Source: Nannocystales bacterium (GTDB lineage: Bacteria > Myxococcota_A > Polyangia > Nannocystales > Nannocystaceae). From it: a stretch of 64,000 bases of DNA. The stretch spans positions 32,001 through 96,000 of the forward strand of contig JBOEGF010000004.1 in NCBI GenBank assembly GCA_050633305.1. The letters run 5' to 3'. The notes beneath the pieces were generated by a model, which did no database searches, was not told where the DNA came from, and saw only the letters and a program-made list of their open reading frames with translations. Positions 18,885-28,982 of the stretch are shown one piece after another; the first letter of the stretch is position 1, and every line of letters starts with the position of its first letter. Both the position numbers and the translations under genes were made by a program.

Positions 18885-19328
18885 ATGGGAATGTCAGCAG
18901 GCGGAGGTAAGGGCGGCGCAAACAGCGAGATCAACGTGACCCCGTTGGTCGATGTTTGCCTCGTGCTGCTCATCATCTTCATGGTGATGGTGCCGCGAAA
19001 CGTGCCTGAGCTTTCGGTGCGGATCCCGCCCGAGAGCAAGACGACCAAGCCCCCGAACCCCACGGACGAGAAGCCGCTGGTGATCGGGCTGTCCGAAGAT
19101 GGCGCGGTCACGCTCAACACCAAGCCGCTCAAGGAAGCTGCGCTGGGCAAAGAACTCGGGCGGCAGCTTGAGTCCCGCGACAAGAAAGCGGTGTTCGTCG
19201 ACTTCGAGGGCAAGGCCAAGTACGGCAAGGCCGTCGAGTTGGTCGACCTCGCACGTCGATCCGGTGCCGAGATCGTCGGCATCATGCGCGACAAGGACTA
19301 CAAGATGCCGGAGACACTCCGCCGCTAG
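18885..19328 (+). CDS. ExbD/TolR family protein (second copy)
   Basis: SEINVTPLVDVCLVLLIIFMV; GAGGAG Shine-Dalgarno upstream. Confidence 0.95.
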   Translation: MGMSAGGGKGGANSEINVTPLVDVCLVLLIIFMVMVPRNVPELSVRIPPESKTTKPPNPTDEKPLVIGLSEDGAVTLNTKPLKEAALGKELGRQLESRDKKAVFVDFEGKAKYGKAVELVDLARRSGAEIVGIMRDKDYKMPETLRR

Positions 19329-19354
19329 GCGAGTGATTCACCCTTCCTGCAGAG

Positions 19355-19380
19355 AAGCCGGCCATCGTGCCGGCTTTTTT
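19355..19380 (+). terminator. Rho-independent terminator
   Basis: AAGCCGGC-catcgt-GCCGGCTT followed by a T run. Confidence 0.85.
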
Positions 19381-19474
19381 GTGTCTGCGATCCGCTCGAG
19401 AACCGAACCCGCGACGCCGGGGCGGCTGAGAAGCCCTTTTGCAGGCACGCCGTGACTTCGCCTATCCTCGCGTC

Positions 19475-20671
19475 ATGCGTTGGGGTGGTCGACTTGGAGC
19501 AGGGTTGTGGGTGGTGCTGGCGGGGTGTGGTGGTGATGACGGCGCCGGCACCGGCTCGGGTACCGATGGCAGTACGGGGACGCCGCCGGCAACGACGACC
19601 CAGACGCCGGGGACGACCTCTGCTGAGAGTTCGTCGACAGGTGCGGACCCGGCGACCTCAGCGGCGGAGTCTTCCGGCGGTGAGCCCGGGGGGTCCTCGA
19701 CCGCCGGCGCGGACGAGAGCAGCACTGGCGGGGGCAGCGATGCGGGCCCGTTCGAGGCTTGCTACGAGGGCGTGTTCGTCAACGGGTTTCCCGGCATCAA
19801 CTACGACGGCCTCGACATTCCGATCGGAGAGCACTGCCTGGGGACCAATGTGCAGGACATCCTCGAAGTCGATCGCGTGGTGTTCTTGGGGGACTCCGTC
19901 ACGGTGGGGACGCCGCCCACTGGCACAGGCGACTACTACCGGAACATTCTCGCGGACGCGCTGGCCGATCGGTTCGCGCTGAGCTTCGGGAGCAACAAAG
20001 CGTTGTGGCAATCGGCCAACGTCTTCGAGGGCACCTCCGGAGTGATCGAGTCGGGTGATTTTGCCTCGTGTGCTGAATGGGGTGCGAGGACCGACGACCT
20101 GATCGCCGGCAACCAGATCGGAGACTGCTACCCCGAGAACACTCGGGACCTCCAGACGCTCACGATCATCACCATGGGCGGCAACGACCTGGCCCGCATC
20201 GCACAAGACACGGGCGAGGGTGCAAAGCCCGGCGCCGCGTGGGACCTGGCGGAGTCGGCTGTGGATCACATGCGGGAGAGCACGGAGTGGCTCAAAGACG
20301 AAGGCAACTTCCCCAACGGGCACCACGTCGTGTTTGCCAACGTCTACGAGTTCACAGACGGCACCGGGCTGGTGGAGTCCTGCGCAGCAGCCGGGCTTGC
20401 GGGCTTTGAGCCCCTCGACTCCCTCGGAGATGCCCTGTTGGTCATTGGGTGGATCGAGGACCAGTACGCCCGGATCGCGCAGGACACCGGGTCGGATTTC
20501 ATCTTCATGTTCGAGGAGTTCATGGGGCGAGGATTCCTCAACGCTGACCCGACCGCGCCGGGGTATCGCGGCCCTGGTGGTCAGAACTGGTTTGACCTCA
20601 CCTGCATTCACCCCACGCCCACCGGGCATGGCGCGATCGCGGACATGTTCTTGGCAACGGTCGCCGAGTAG
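19475..20671 (+). CDS. SGNH/GDSL hydrolase lipoprotein
   Basis: Lipobox LAGC, Thr/Ser linker, FLGDS, GGND and D..HP motifs. Confidence 0.88.
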   Translation: MRWGGRLGAGLWVVLAGCGGDDGAGTGSGTDGSTGTPPATTTQTPGTTSAESSSTGADPATSAAESSGGEPGGSSTAGADESSTGGGSDAGPFEACYEGVFVNGFPGINYDGLDIPIGEHCLGTNVQDILEVDRVVFLGDSVTVGTPPTGTGDYYRNILADALADRFALSFGSNKALWQSANVFEGTSGVIESGDFASCAEWGARTDDLIAGNQIGDCYPENTRDLQTLTIITMGGNDLARIAQDTGEGAKPGAAWDLAESAVDHMRESTEWLKDEGNFPNGHHVVFANVYEFTDGTGLVESCAAAGLAGFEPLDSLGDALLVIGWIEDQYARIAQDTGSDFIFMFEEFMGRGFLNADPTAPGYRGPGGQNWFDLTCIHPTPTGHGAIADMFLATVAE

Positions 20672-20747
20672 GGCGCCGCTTCCCCGACGCGCACGGGCAG
20701 CCCGCATTGCGCCGTGCCGTTGACGGGTCCGGTCGTTTGGACGTCTG

Positions 20748-22139
20748 ATGTTGACCCGTTTCGGCAGCGCCACGGCTTGCGCATGGGTGCTTCTTTGGCC
20801 GGCTGGATGTCGCCCCACCGAGGCCCAGGCGCCCCCGCGCGCCGTGACGGCCTCGGCAGAGGCGGGAGCCGAGCCCGCGACGCCGACGTCTGCCGAAGGT
20901 CCCGACGTCCCGGCGGTCCCGCAGCCGAGCATCGACGATCCCGGGACGCCACCCATTGATCGAGCTCGCCTACTCGACGCGCCGACGGCCTATGAGCACC
21001 TCACGCTGCGCGCGGGCTTGCCGGTTGGCGCGCGCTACGAGGACTTGGTCTACGAGGGCAACAACCGAAACTTCCGAGGGAAGCCTGATGCCGCGGGGCA
21101 GTATCGGTCTGGGGATGCCACGGCGCTGGATTGGCGCCGATGGATCGCGGGGATCGCTGCAATGATCGTCCTGCGGGATTCGCTGTTCAGCCAGCAGGAC
21201 CATCCGGTGCTGCAGGCCCCGCGAGCCCTGATGCTTCCACCGAACTGGGTGTCGCTCGCGGTCGCGTCGACGATGCGCGGAGAGACGTTGGTGGCTCCGG
21301 TTGTGCCTGCGCTCGACGATGATTCGGCCTGGGCTGAGCTCGCCTCGGCGGGGGAGCGCTTCGGGAGCTTTCCGCCGAGCGAGCGTCTCTTCGAGGAGTC
21401 GCGACGCTCGCTCCTCGAGCCCGAGCCGGACGCCGGTGCGCATGCCCGGACGCGCAACGCCCGGGCCTCGATCCGTGCCGTGAGCGTGGCGGCACAGGCG
21501 ATGGTGTTGGCGCAGGTGCAAGGCCCGTCGGCGGTCGCGACGGCAGGCGCGGCGTGGATCTCGGCGTCCGACCGGAACTACTTCGGCATCGAGCTCCGAG
21601 AGAGAACGATCCCGATCTTCGTCGAGAACCCGAACGAGCACGAGGCGCGTGACGAAGGGAAGGGGATGGGGGTCTGGGGGAACGTGTTGCCCCCAGAGGC
21701 GGTCGTGCTCGCTCGGAACGTGGTCTACGCGCGGCGTCTCCTCGATGGACCGCTCGGGGTAGAGCGATACGACCTGCGCCATGAGTCCGAACGCCTCCGA
21801 GCGATCACGCTGTTGGAGACCTTGGTTCCATCGGGGTCCAGCGGTCACCCGGTGTGGCTCTGGGTCAACGGCGGGTCGGACGGGCACGGCAAGGGCGAGC
21901 CGGCCACGCCGTACATCGACGCGTTCTCGGCCGCGCTCCGAGCCGCGGACGTGGAGACCAGCCGGGTGGTGTTGCTCAGCAAGCCCAGTGCGCGCCCGAA
22001 GTCCAAGGCTTGGCTCGATGCGGTCGCGGGCGAGGCCCGGGCGCTCGGCGTCCCTGCGAGCATTCAGCTCAACACCCGGAGGGCGCGGCGTCTCATCGGC
22101 GAGGCCCCTGGCGTCAGCTCGGCGGGCCCCGGCGAGTGA
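20748..22139 (+). CDS. Hypothetical lipoprotein
   Basis: 463-aa ORF with PAGC lipobox-like leader and Pro/Ala linker; no recognised domain. Confidence 0.6.
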   Translation: MLTRFGSATACAWVLLWPAGCRPTEAQAPPRAVTASAEAGAEPATPTSAEGPDVPAVPQPSIDDPGTPPIDRARLLDAPTAYEHLTLRAGLPVGARYEDLVYEGNNRNFRGKPDAAGQYRSGDATALDWRRWIAGIAAMIVLRDSLFSQQDHPVLQAPRALMLPPNWVSLAVASTMRGETLVAPVVPALDDDSAWAELASAGERFGSFPPSERLFEESRRSLLEPEPDAGAHARTRNARASIRAVSVAAQAMVLAQVQGPSAVATAGAAWISASDRNYFGIELRERTIPIFVENPNEHEARDEGKGMGVWGNVLPPEAVVLARNVVYARRLLDGPLGVERYDLRHESERLRAITLLETLVPSGSSGHPVWLWVNGGSDGHGKGEPATPYIDAFSAALRAADVETSRVVLLSKPSARPKSKAWLDAVAGEARALGVPASIQLNTRRARRLIGEAPGVSSAGPGE

Positions 22140-22428
22140 TCCGTGCAGGGCCGTTCTCCCGGCCGGGGCACGCTGGAATCGCGGCGGCGGCTCGCGATCG
22201 CACGCGTCGGTGACATTCGCGTGGCATCGCCTGCAGCCGGCACGCCGACGCGCCGGCGGTGCCGGGTCCGACGTTCGAGTGCGGAACAGTCGCTTTCTAG
22301 ACTCTCTACGGGGCAGCTCCTGAGGGATTGCGGGCGAGTCGAGTACGCGAAGGTGACGTGACGGAGTGTTTTGGGCGTGGCCGGGCGGCGCGTTGGCGGG
22401 TCCCCCAGCTCTGGGTAAAGTGCAGACG

Positions 22429-23382
22429 ATGTCTCGCTACCTCGACCACGTTGAGCTCGTCACTGGTGATCCTTCTCAGGATGTTCTCGAAGCGATGCGG
22501 TCGCAGAAAGCTCGGGTCGAACAGGGACTTCGCGAGCGAGGTGCGGTGTTGCTGCGGGGGTTCCAGGCCAGCGATCCGAACACGGCGGCCGAGTCGCTCA
22601 AGGTGTTGGGCGGGGCGCTGCTCGACGACGCGTTCTGGTCGACCCCGCGTTCGGGCGTGACCGGCAAGACCTTCACCGCGACGGAGTACCCCAAGGCCCG
22701 CACGATCGCCTTGCACAGCGAGATGGCCTATATGTCCGGCTGGCCGCGCTTCCTCGCGTTTCATTCGATCGACGTGGCCGACCAGGGCGGCGAGACCAGC
22801 ATCGCGAACCTCGACGCGGTCAGTGCAGCGCTTGGACCGGTCCTCGAAGAGTTCGCAACCAAGGGTGTGACATACCGACGAACGTATCGTGCCGGCATCG
22901 ACATTCCTTGGCAGAAGGCTTTTCAGACGGAAAACCCCAAGGAGGTCGAGGCGATCGCGGCGAAGAACGGGATGCGGGCGACCTGGCTTCCCGACAGCGT
23001 TCTGCAGACGGCACATGACGCTCAAGGGGCGGTGAAAGCCGAAGATGGACGCTGGCTCTGGTTCAACCAAGCCCACGTCTTCCACGTGAGCAACGTTCCT
23101 GAGCAGCACCGCAAAATGCTCTCGGACATGTTCGGAGCCGACCAGCTGCCCCGGGATGCCACGTACGGGGATGGCTCTGCGATCCCCGACGACGTGGTGA
23201 AGAAGGTCCACGACGTGCTCACCGAGCACACGCTTCCGGTTCAGTGGCAGCCCGGCGATGTGCTGCTCATCGACAACATGCGGTACATGCACGGGCGGTT
23301 GCCGTTCGAAGGAACCCGGAAGTTGCACGTCGCGATGAGCACCGCCCACAGCGAGCCAGCTCGGACTCCGGTCTTCGCCTGA
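22429..23382 (+). CDS. TauD/TfdA Fe(II)/2-oxoglutarate dioxygenase (SyrP-like)
   Basis: GAVLLRGF, LHSEMAY, WFNQAH and WQPGDVLLIDN...HGR.PF.G.RK motifs. Confidence 0.88.
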   Translation: MSRYLDHVELVTGDPSQDVLEAMRSQKARVEQGLRERGAVLLRGFQASDPNTAAESLKVLGGALLDDAFWSTPRSGVTGKTFTATEYPKARTIALHSEMAYMSGWPRFLAFHSIDVADQGGETSIANLDAVSAALGPVLEEFATKGVTYRRTYRAGIDIPWQKAFQTENPKEVEAIAAKNGMRATWLPDSVLQTAHDAQGAVKAEDGRWLWFNQAHVFHVSNVPEQHRKMLSDMFGADQLPRDATYGDGSAIPDDVVKKVHDVLTEHTLPVQWQPGDVLLIDNMRYMHGRLPFEGTRKLHVAMSTAHSEPARTPVFA

Positions 23383-23412
23383 GTCTGGAGTTCAGCACGA
23401 GGGCGCGCGCGG

Positions 23413-24054
23413 TCAGGCGGCGTGTCGCAGCGGTTGCTTGTGCAGTGCAGCCGCGAGCGTCGTCAGCCAGCGCTGAACCGGGTCACGCTCGGGGCGCTCG
23501 AGAAGATCTGTGGACGGGTCGCCCAGCGCGTCCGCAAGCAGCTCTCGGGCTCGGCGGACTCGACTGCGGACTGTGTTCTCGGGAATGCAGAGCCCGCGAC
23601 CGATCTCCGCGGCCGGCTGACCCTCGAAGTAGTACAGCGCCATGACTCGTTGCAGCGGATCGGGCAGGGCGGCCAGGCCGGCGGCAAGTCGGTCCATCGT
23701 TTGGCGGTGGCTGCAGACGTCGGAGGGGTCGTGCCTGGGAGGTTCGAGCAGGTCCTTGGCCAGGTCTTGGATCCGGCGGTCTCGGACCTGCGAGCGATAG
23801 GCGACGCGAACGTGGTTGTTCGCGATCGCAAACAGCCAGGTGCGGAAGCTGCTGCGCTGCTGGTAGCGGTGGATCGTACTGGAGACGGCGGTCCAGACGT
23901 CCTGCACGGTGTCATCGGAGTCGGCGCCCAGCCGTCGCTCGAGGAAACGGCGCACCGCCGCATGGTGTCGCGAGACAAGCACCGCCCCCGCCGCTGTATC
24001 CCCCCGTTGCCACGCGCGGGAGAGATCCTCGTCGGTCGCATGCGAGCCCGGCAC
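23413..24054 (-). CDS. ECF sigma factor
   Basis: DTVQDVW, SFRTWLFAIA and IPENTVRSRVRRAR region 2/4 motifs. Confidence 0.9.
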   Translation of the reverse strand: MPGSHATDEDLSRAWQRGDTAAGAVLVSRHHAAVRRFLERRLGADSDDTVQDVWTAVSSTIHRYQQRSSFRTWLFAIANNHVRVAYRSQVRDRRIQDLAKDLLEPPRHDPSDVCSHRQTMDRLAAGLAALPDPLQRVMALYYFEGQPAAEIGRGLCIPENTVRSRVRRARELLADALGDPSTDLLERPERDPVQRWLTTLAAALHKQPLRHAA

Positions 24055-24264
24055 GCCTATGTTCGCTGCATCGAACGTGCCAGGGAAAACGCCTGCCGAT
24101 AGGGCCCCAAGTGGCCACGATGCATGCCCCTCGTGGGCCTGTCGGGGCGCGCGATGTCGCGATTGCGGCCCTTGGGACGCCCCGGGCAGGTCCGGCTGGC
24201 CATTCTAGTAGTGTTCAGAATTCTGGACGCCCAACACTGCCGATGGCCAGTATTCAGGACAGTT

Positions 24265-25776
24265 CTAGCCCGCGTCGCGCCGCAGCTCGCAACGCCGGAT
24301 CATCGCGTTGAGGTGCGAGCGGCTGATCCGGAGGGTGCGGGCGGTCTGAGCGACATTCCAATCGTGCTTGGCGAGGACCTTTTGCAAGTACGAGCACTCC
24401 CAGCGTTGGCGGGACTCGTGGAAGCTCGGCGTCTCGCTGGCGTCACCGGACGGGAAGAGGTGGTGCGGTTCCAGCTCGCTCGCGCGTTCGAGCCGAGCGT
24501 TGACCACCGCCTCTTCACAGGCACTCGCGAGCTCGCGGACGTTCCCGGGCCAATCCGAGAACTCCGCAGCGACGAGTGCTGCGGGCGAGGGGCGCAGCAC
24601 CGAGAGTCCGTTTCTCTCGCAGCTCTGAGCGCAGAAGTGCTCGACGAGCAGTGGAATGTCTTCCCGGCGCTCGACGAGGGCGGGGATTCGGAGCTGCACG
24701 CCCCGAATCCGGTAGTACAGGTCCTTGCGGAACGCGTTGCTCTCGAGCTCGTGCTCCAGCTCGCGGTTCGTCGCGGTGATGATTCGGACGTTCGCTTGGA
24801 CCGCCCGTGTGCCGCCCAGCGGGTAGTACTCGCGGTTCTGGACGAGCTGCAGGACCTTGGCCTGTACCGCGAGCGGGAGCTCGCCCACCTCGTCGAGGAA
24901 GAGCGTACCGGACTCGGCAGCTGCAACCTTTCCGCCCACGGGCTCGGCAGCGGTCGAGTGCGCGCCACGTTCCGCCCCGAACAGCTCGTTCTCGACGAGC
25001 CCCTCGGGCAGGGCTGCGCAGTTGAGGGCGACGAACGGGGCGTTGGCACGGGTGCTGTTTTGATGCAGCAAGCGGGCGAACAGAGACTTGCCCGTTCCGG
25101 AGGGACCGGTGATGAGGACGTTGGCATCCATCGACGCCAAGAGTTCGAGTCGCTCGAGAACCGCGGCGAGGGCAGCGGAGCGGCCGATCAGTCCGTCGAG
25201 CTGCATCCGCTCTCGGACCTTGCCGGTGTAGTCCTGCTCGAGCCGCCGACGATTGAGCTCGAGCAGGCGCGAGGTCAGGGTGCCGAGGTATTCCGCCACC
25301 GTGCGCACGACGGTGACGTCGTCGTCGGAGAACGAGCCGCCGCCCATGTGGTTTTGCAGGTAGACGACGCCGGCCGAGTTGGGCGCGGTGAGGGGCACAC
25401 AGAGCACGGCCTCGATGCGTTCGAGTTTCACGCTCGCGCGAACGGAGAACCGGTCGTCGAGCATCGCGGATGCGACGTGCACGACCTCGCCGGTCTCGAC
25501 CGCTTCGGCGATGACGCCGTGGGAGATGCGCTTCTCGATCGTTGCGACCTCTTCGTCTTCGAGGCCAGCCGCAGCCGCCCACCCCCGATGCTCGTCCGCT
25601 CGGGTGTCGCGGAGCTCGATGTAGCCAGCACGTGCGCCCGCGATCTCCACCAGCAGCTTCAAGGCCTCGTCGATGAGCGGCCTTGGATCCTCCACCCGAA
25701 CCAGGGAGAGGCACTTCTGGTAGAGGTCCCGTTCGAGTTCTTGTCGCGATCCTGCGGTTTCCGGGGACAACTGCAC
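24265..25776 (-). CDS. GAF-AAA+-Fis enhancer-binding-type regulator with atypical GAFTGA (GAHSTA)
   Basis: GPSGTGKS, FVALNCAA, LFLDEVGE, ATNR, FRKDLYYR, WPGNVREL and C-terminal HTH. Confidence 0.9.
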   Translation of the reverse strand: MQLSPETAGSRQELERDLYQKCLSLVRVEDPRPLIDEALKLLVEIAGARAGYIELRDTRADEHRGWAAAAGLEDEEVATIEKRISHGVIAEAVETGEVVHVASAMLDDRFSVRASVKLERIEAVLCVPLTAPNSAGVVYLQNHMGGGSFSDDDVTVVRTVAEYLGTLTSRLLELNRRRLEQDYTGKVRERMQLDGLIGRSAALAAVLERLELLASMDANVLITGPSGTGKSLFARLLHQNSTRANAPFVALNCAALPEGLVENELFGAERGAHSTAAEPVGGKVAAAESGTLFLDEVGELPLAVQAKVLQLVQNREYYPLGGTRAVQANVRIITATNRELEHELESNAFRKDLYYRIRGVQLRIPALVERREDIPLLVEHFCAQSCERNGLSVLRPSPAALVAAEFSDWPGNVRELASACEEAVVNARLERASELEPHHLFPSGDASETPSFHESRQRWECSYLQKVLAKHDWNVAQTARTLRISRSHLNAMIRRCELRRDAG

Positions 25777-26072
25777 TCAACCTATCAGAACGACGATTCC
25801 AGCCAATCGCCGCTTGTTGCGCCGCTTTGCGGGCATTTTCGCGCAGCCGGCATGAGGGCTGGAAGGCCGCGCGAGTCAGGGTAGTGCCGTTCGATGCACA
25901 ACCCGTCATCGAAAGAGTGATTGAGGGTGTGCTCGCGGCGCGTTCCGAACATGCATGTCAGGGCCTTCGCGAACCCCGCACGCTGGGGCGGGGTTGTCGC
26001 GAAGGCTACGTTCAGCGGGTTGGCCGCGACTTCGCGATCGGCTGCCCCGCCGGCGAGCGGGATCTGGCGTTG

Positions 26073-26153
26073 TGCCCGGGGCGGGACTCGAACCCGCACT
26101 CCAAAGGAAGGGGATTTTAAGTCCCCCGTGTCTACCGGTTTCACCACCCGGGC
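26073..26153 (-). tRNA. tRNA-Leu (anticodon TAA), CCA not encoded
   Basis: Reverse complement GCCCGGGTGGTGAAACCGGTAGACACG-GGGGA-CTTAAAA-TCCCC..GCGGGTTCGAGTCCCGC-CCCGGGC-A; acceptor, anticodon and T stems all pair. Confidence 0.95.
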
Positions 26154-26261
26154 ATGGGGCGGAGGGTAGCAACTGCTGGGCAAAGCGATAGGGGTGTTAC
26201 GGGTTCCCGAGGTCCGCGTGAGTGATTGATCCCCAGAGCATTGGACGTCAGACTGCGCCGC

Positions 26262-27392
26262 ATGAAGGGGCAGCCCACGGTGGCAATCCTCGGCGGCGGC
26301 CAGCTGGCGCGAATGATGTGCGCGGCCGCGACCCGGTTGGGCGTGCGAACCCGGGTGTACCAAGCTGCGGAGACCGGGCCGTGTGCCTTCGCCCGTGAGG
26401 TGGTGACCGGTGCCTGGGATGATGCCGCGGCGCTGCGCGCCTTCCTCGCGCCGGCTGACGTGGTGACGCTGGACTACGAAGCCGTGGATCTCACTACGGT
26501 TCGTGCCGTGCTCCCCAGCGGGGTCGAGATCCGACCGGGGCCCCAGACGATGGCGTGGGTCGCCGACAAGGTTCTGCAACGTCAGCGTGCGACCGAGGCG
26601 GGCTTGCCGGTGGGTCCGACCGCCGCATGCCGGACCCTGGACGAACTCCGGGCGGCGGGCGAGCGCTTGGGCTACCCGTTGATGCTCAAGCGCCCCCGGA
26701 ACAGCTACGACGGGTACGGCAACCGAACCGCCAAGTCGAGTCATGACCTCGCGGATGCCCACGCGATGCTGGGCGGCGGGGAGGTTCTCGCAGAGGGCTG
26801 GGTCCCGTTCGAACTCGAGCTCGCGACGATGGTCGCTCGACGGCCCGGCGGCGAGGCCGAGGTGTACCCCGTGGTCGCTACCTTCCAGAAAGACCACAAG
26901 TGCGACGCGGTGGAGATCCCCGCCAGCGTCTCTGATGAGATCGTCGCGCGGGCGCGTGACCTGGCGTTGCGGGCTGCGGAGGCCTACGGGTGTGTCGGCG
27001 TGGTCGGAGTGGAGATGTTTCTGCTGGCCGATGGCCAGGTCTGGCTCAACGAGATCGCGCCTCGCCCGCACAACACCGGTCACTACACGCTCGACGCGTG
27101 CGCCACGTCCCAGTTCGAGAACCATCTGCGCGCCGTTCTTGACATGCCTCTGGGGGACACTTCGTTGTTGGCCCCGGCAGCCGCCATGGTCAATGTGCTC
27201 GGGAATCGGACCGGGGCTGCGGAGAACGAGGGGCTGGACCGTGCGCTCGCGGTTCCGGGGGCCTCGATTCACCTCTACGGGAAGAACGACGTACGACCGG
27301 GACGGAAGATGGGGCACGTCACGGCCCTCGGTCCAGACGTGGTCACGGCCCGTGCACGCGCGACGAGGGCGGCCAAGGAACTTCAGCCATGA
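26262..27392 (+). CDS. purK: N5-carboxyaminoimidazole ribonucleotide synthase
   Basis: [25 protein letters not shown] and HLYGK...PGRKMGH motifs. Confidence 0.95.
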   Translation: MKGQPTVAILGGGQLARMMCAAATRLGVRTRVYQAAETGPCAFAREVVTGAWDDAAALRAFLAPADVVTLDYEAVDLTTVRAVLPSGVEIRPGPQTMAWVADKVLQRQRATEAGLPVGPTAACRTLDELRAAGERLGYPLMLKRPRNSYDGYGNRTAKSSHDLADAHAMLGGGEVLAEGWVPFELELATMVARRPGGEAEVYPVVATFQKDHKCDAVEIPASVSDEIVARARDLALRAAEAYGCVGVVGVEMFLLADGQVWLNEIAPRPHNTGHYTLDACATSQFENHLRAVLDMPLGDTSLLAPAAAMVNVLGNRTGAAENEGLDRALAVPGASIHLYGKNDVRPGRKMGHVTALGPDVVTARARATRAAKELQP

Positions 27393-27892
27393 ACGACGCA
27401 TCCTCCTCTCATCCCCTCGTGGCGATTTGCATGGGCAGCACCTCCGACCTGCCGACGATGAAGGCAGCCGGTGAGGTGCTGAGCACCTTCGAGATCCCGT
27501 ACGAGACTCGGATCCTTTCGGCACACCGAACGCCCACGGCGATGGTCGAGTTTGGCGAGGCGGCGGTCGAGCGCGGCTTCCAGGTGATCATCGCGGGCGC
27601 GGGTGGGGCTGCGCATCTTCCAGGCATGCTCGCGAGTCTCACGACGTTGCCGGTGATCGGGGTTCCCGTCCTCAACGGCGCGTTGGCCGGGATGGACGCG
27701 CTCCTGTCGATCGTGCAGATGCCCCGCGGCGTGCCCGTCGCCACGGTCGCGATCGGCAACGCGACGAACGCCGGCTACCTCGCGATTCGAATGCTCGCGG
27801 CGAGCCGGCCTCGGTTGCGGGAGGTGCTCGAAGCCCATGCTGCGGCGCGGGCGGAGAAGGTCCACGACGACGACCGCGCGACCCGGGGCTGA
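27389..27892 (+). CDS. purE: N5-CAIR mutase
   Basis: [23 protein letters not shown] and VQMP.GVPVATV motifs. Confidence 0.97.
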   Translation: MNDASSSHPLVAICMGSTSDLPTMKAAGEVLSTFEIPYETRILSAHRTPTAMVEFGEAAVERGFQVIIAGAGGAAHLPGMLASLTTLPVIGVPVLNGALAGMDALLSIVQMPRGVPVATVAIGNATNAGYLAIRMLAASRPRLREVLEAHAAARAEKVHDDDRATRG

Positions 27893-27989
27893 GGCCGAAT
27901 CTCACGCGGCGGCTGAGGCCGAGAGTCGTTCGGTCCCCGGGCCGCCGGGGTGCTTGGCGATCGGGAGCAGGACCGTTACGCTGCTCGGT

Positions 27990-28859
27990 ATGAATTGGTT
28001 TAGTTGCACTGTACTGGGCGCTTGTGCCTTCTTCGCGGGCGCGTGCTCCGACGACGGTGTTCCGCTTGTGGGCGGAGATACGGAGGCGGCCGGGGCCACG
28101 GGAACGGCCTCGGAAGGGGACACCAACGACGGCGGGCCGGGGACCGCCGTGACGACGGCCGATCCTACCGGTCCCGGTTCCGACACGTCGACCGATCCGA
28201 CGGCCACGACGAGTCCGACCGACACCGATGGGGGATCCGAGGGAACGACCAGCGGCGTGGGGAGCTCGTCGGGGGCCACCGACGGGTCCAGCGGAGGCAG
28301 CAGCTCCACCGGCGGTACGACCGAGCCCGAATGTGTCATGGACGAGGACTGCATGCTGGTCGATGACTGCTGCACCTGCGGAGCCATCGCGGTGGGCGAT
28401 GACGCTCCGGCATGCGAGCTGAAGGAGTGCTTGGTCAGCACGTGCACCTCGCTGGGGCTGGGGATGCCTGCGGTGCAGTGCAACTTCGGGACCTGCGAGG
28501 TCGAAGAGGTCAGCTGCAATCCGACGCTCGTCACGTGTGACGGCAAGGACGCCATTCCGCCCGAGTGCCCCGAGGGTCAAGCGCCCCGGGTCGTCGATGG
28601 CTGTTGGAGTGGGTGCATTCCGGTCGAGTACTGCGATGTGGTCCCCGGATGCGAGTCCTGCGGCAAGGAGGAGGTCTGCATCGAGGCGATCACGCAGCTG
28701 GGGCCGAGCTTCACGTGTGTTCCGATGCCGCCCAGCTGCGACGGCATGCCGTCGTGTGACTGCCTCGGAGAGGCGTGTGAGGACCCCTTCGACATCTGCT
28801 CCGACGGGATCGAGCCGAAGAGTGGCGCTGAGCTCAGCTGTAGCTGCCCTGCTTGCTAG
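27990..28859 (+). CDS. Cys-rich lipoprotein with Thr/Ser/Gly linker
   Basis: Lipobox AGAC, long T/S/G/D tract and a C-terminal region with more than 20 Cys. Confidence 0.75.
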   Translation: MNWFSCTVLGACAFFAGACSDDGVPLVGGDTEAAGATGTASEGDTNDGGPGTAVTTADPTGPGSDTSTDPTATTSPTDTDGGSEGTTSGVGSSSGATDGSSGGSSSTGGTTEPECVMDEDCMLVDDCCTCGAIAVGDDAPACELKECLVSTCTSLGLGMPAVQCNFGTCEVEEVSCNPTLVTCDGKDAIPPECPEGQAPRVVDGCWSGCIPVEYCDVVPGCESCGKEEVCIEAITQLGPSFTCVPMPPSCDGMPSCDCLGEACEDPFDICSDGIEPKSGAELSCSCPAC

Positions 28860-28865
28860 CGACGA

Positions 28866-28897
28866 GGAGGGAACCCAACAATGTTGGGTTTCCCTCC
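28866..28897. terminator. Long hairpin between convergent genes
   Basis: GGAGGGAACCCAACA-A-TGTTGGGTTTCCCTCC near-perfect inverted repeat. Confidence 0.65.
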
Positions 28898-28982
28898 GGA
28901 GTTGGGCTTCCATCGGGACGACTGGGGAACGCTCGTCACGCGGCCCGACCCGGGGTTGGTCTCACAAGGACCGTCTGCTGTC

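Noticed and set aside
22140..26073. Genomic island integrated at the tRNA-Leu 3' end
   Set aside because: No integrase, no duplicated tRNA 3' end found by eye, and no obvious compositional shift.
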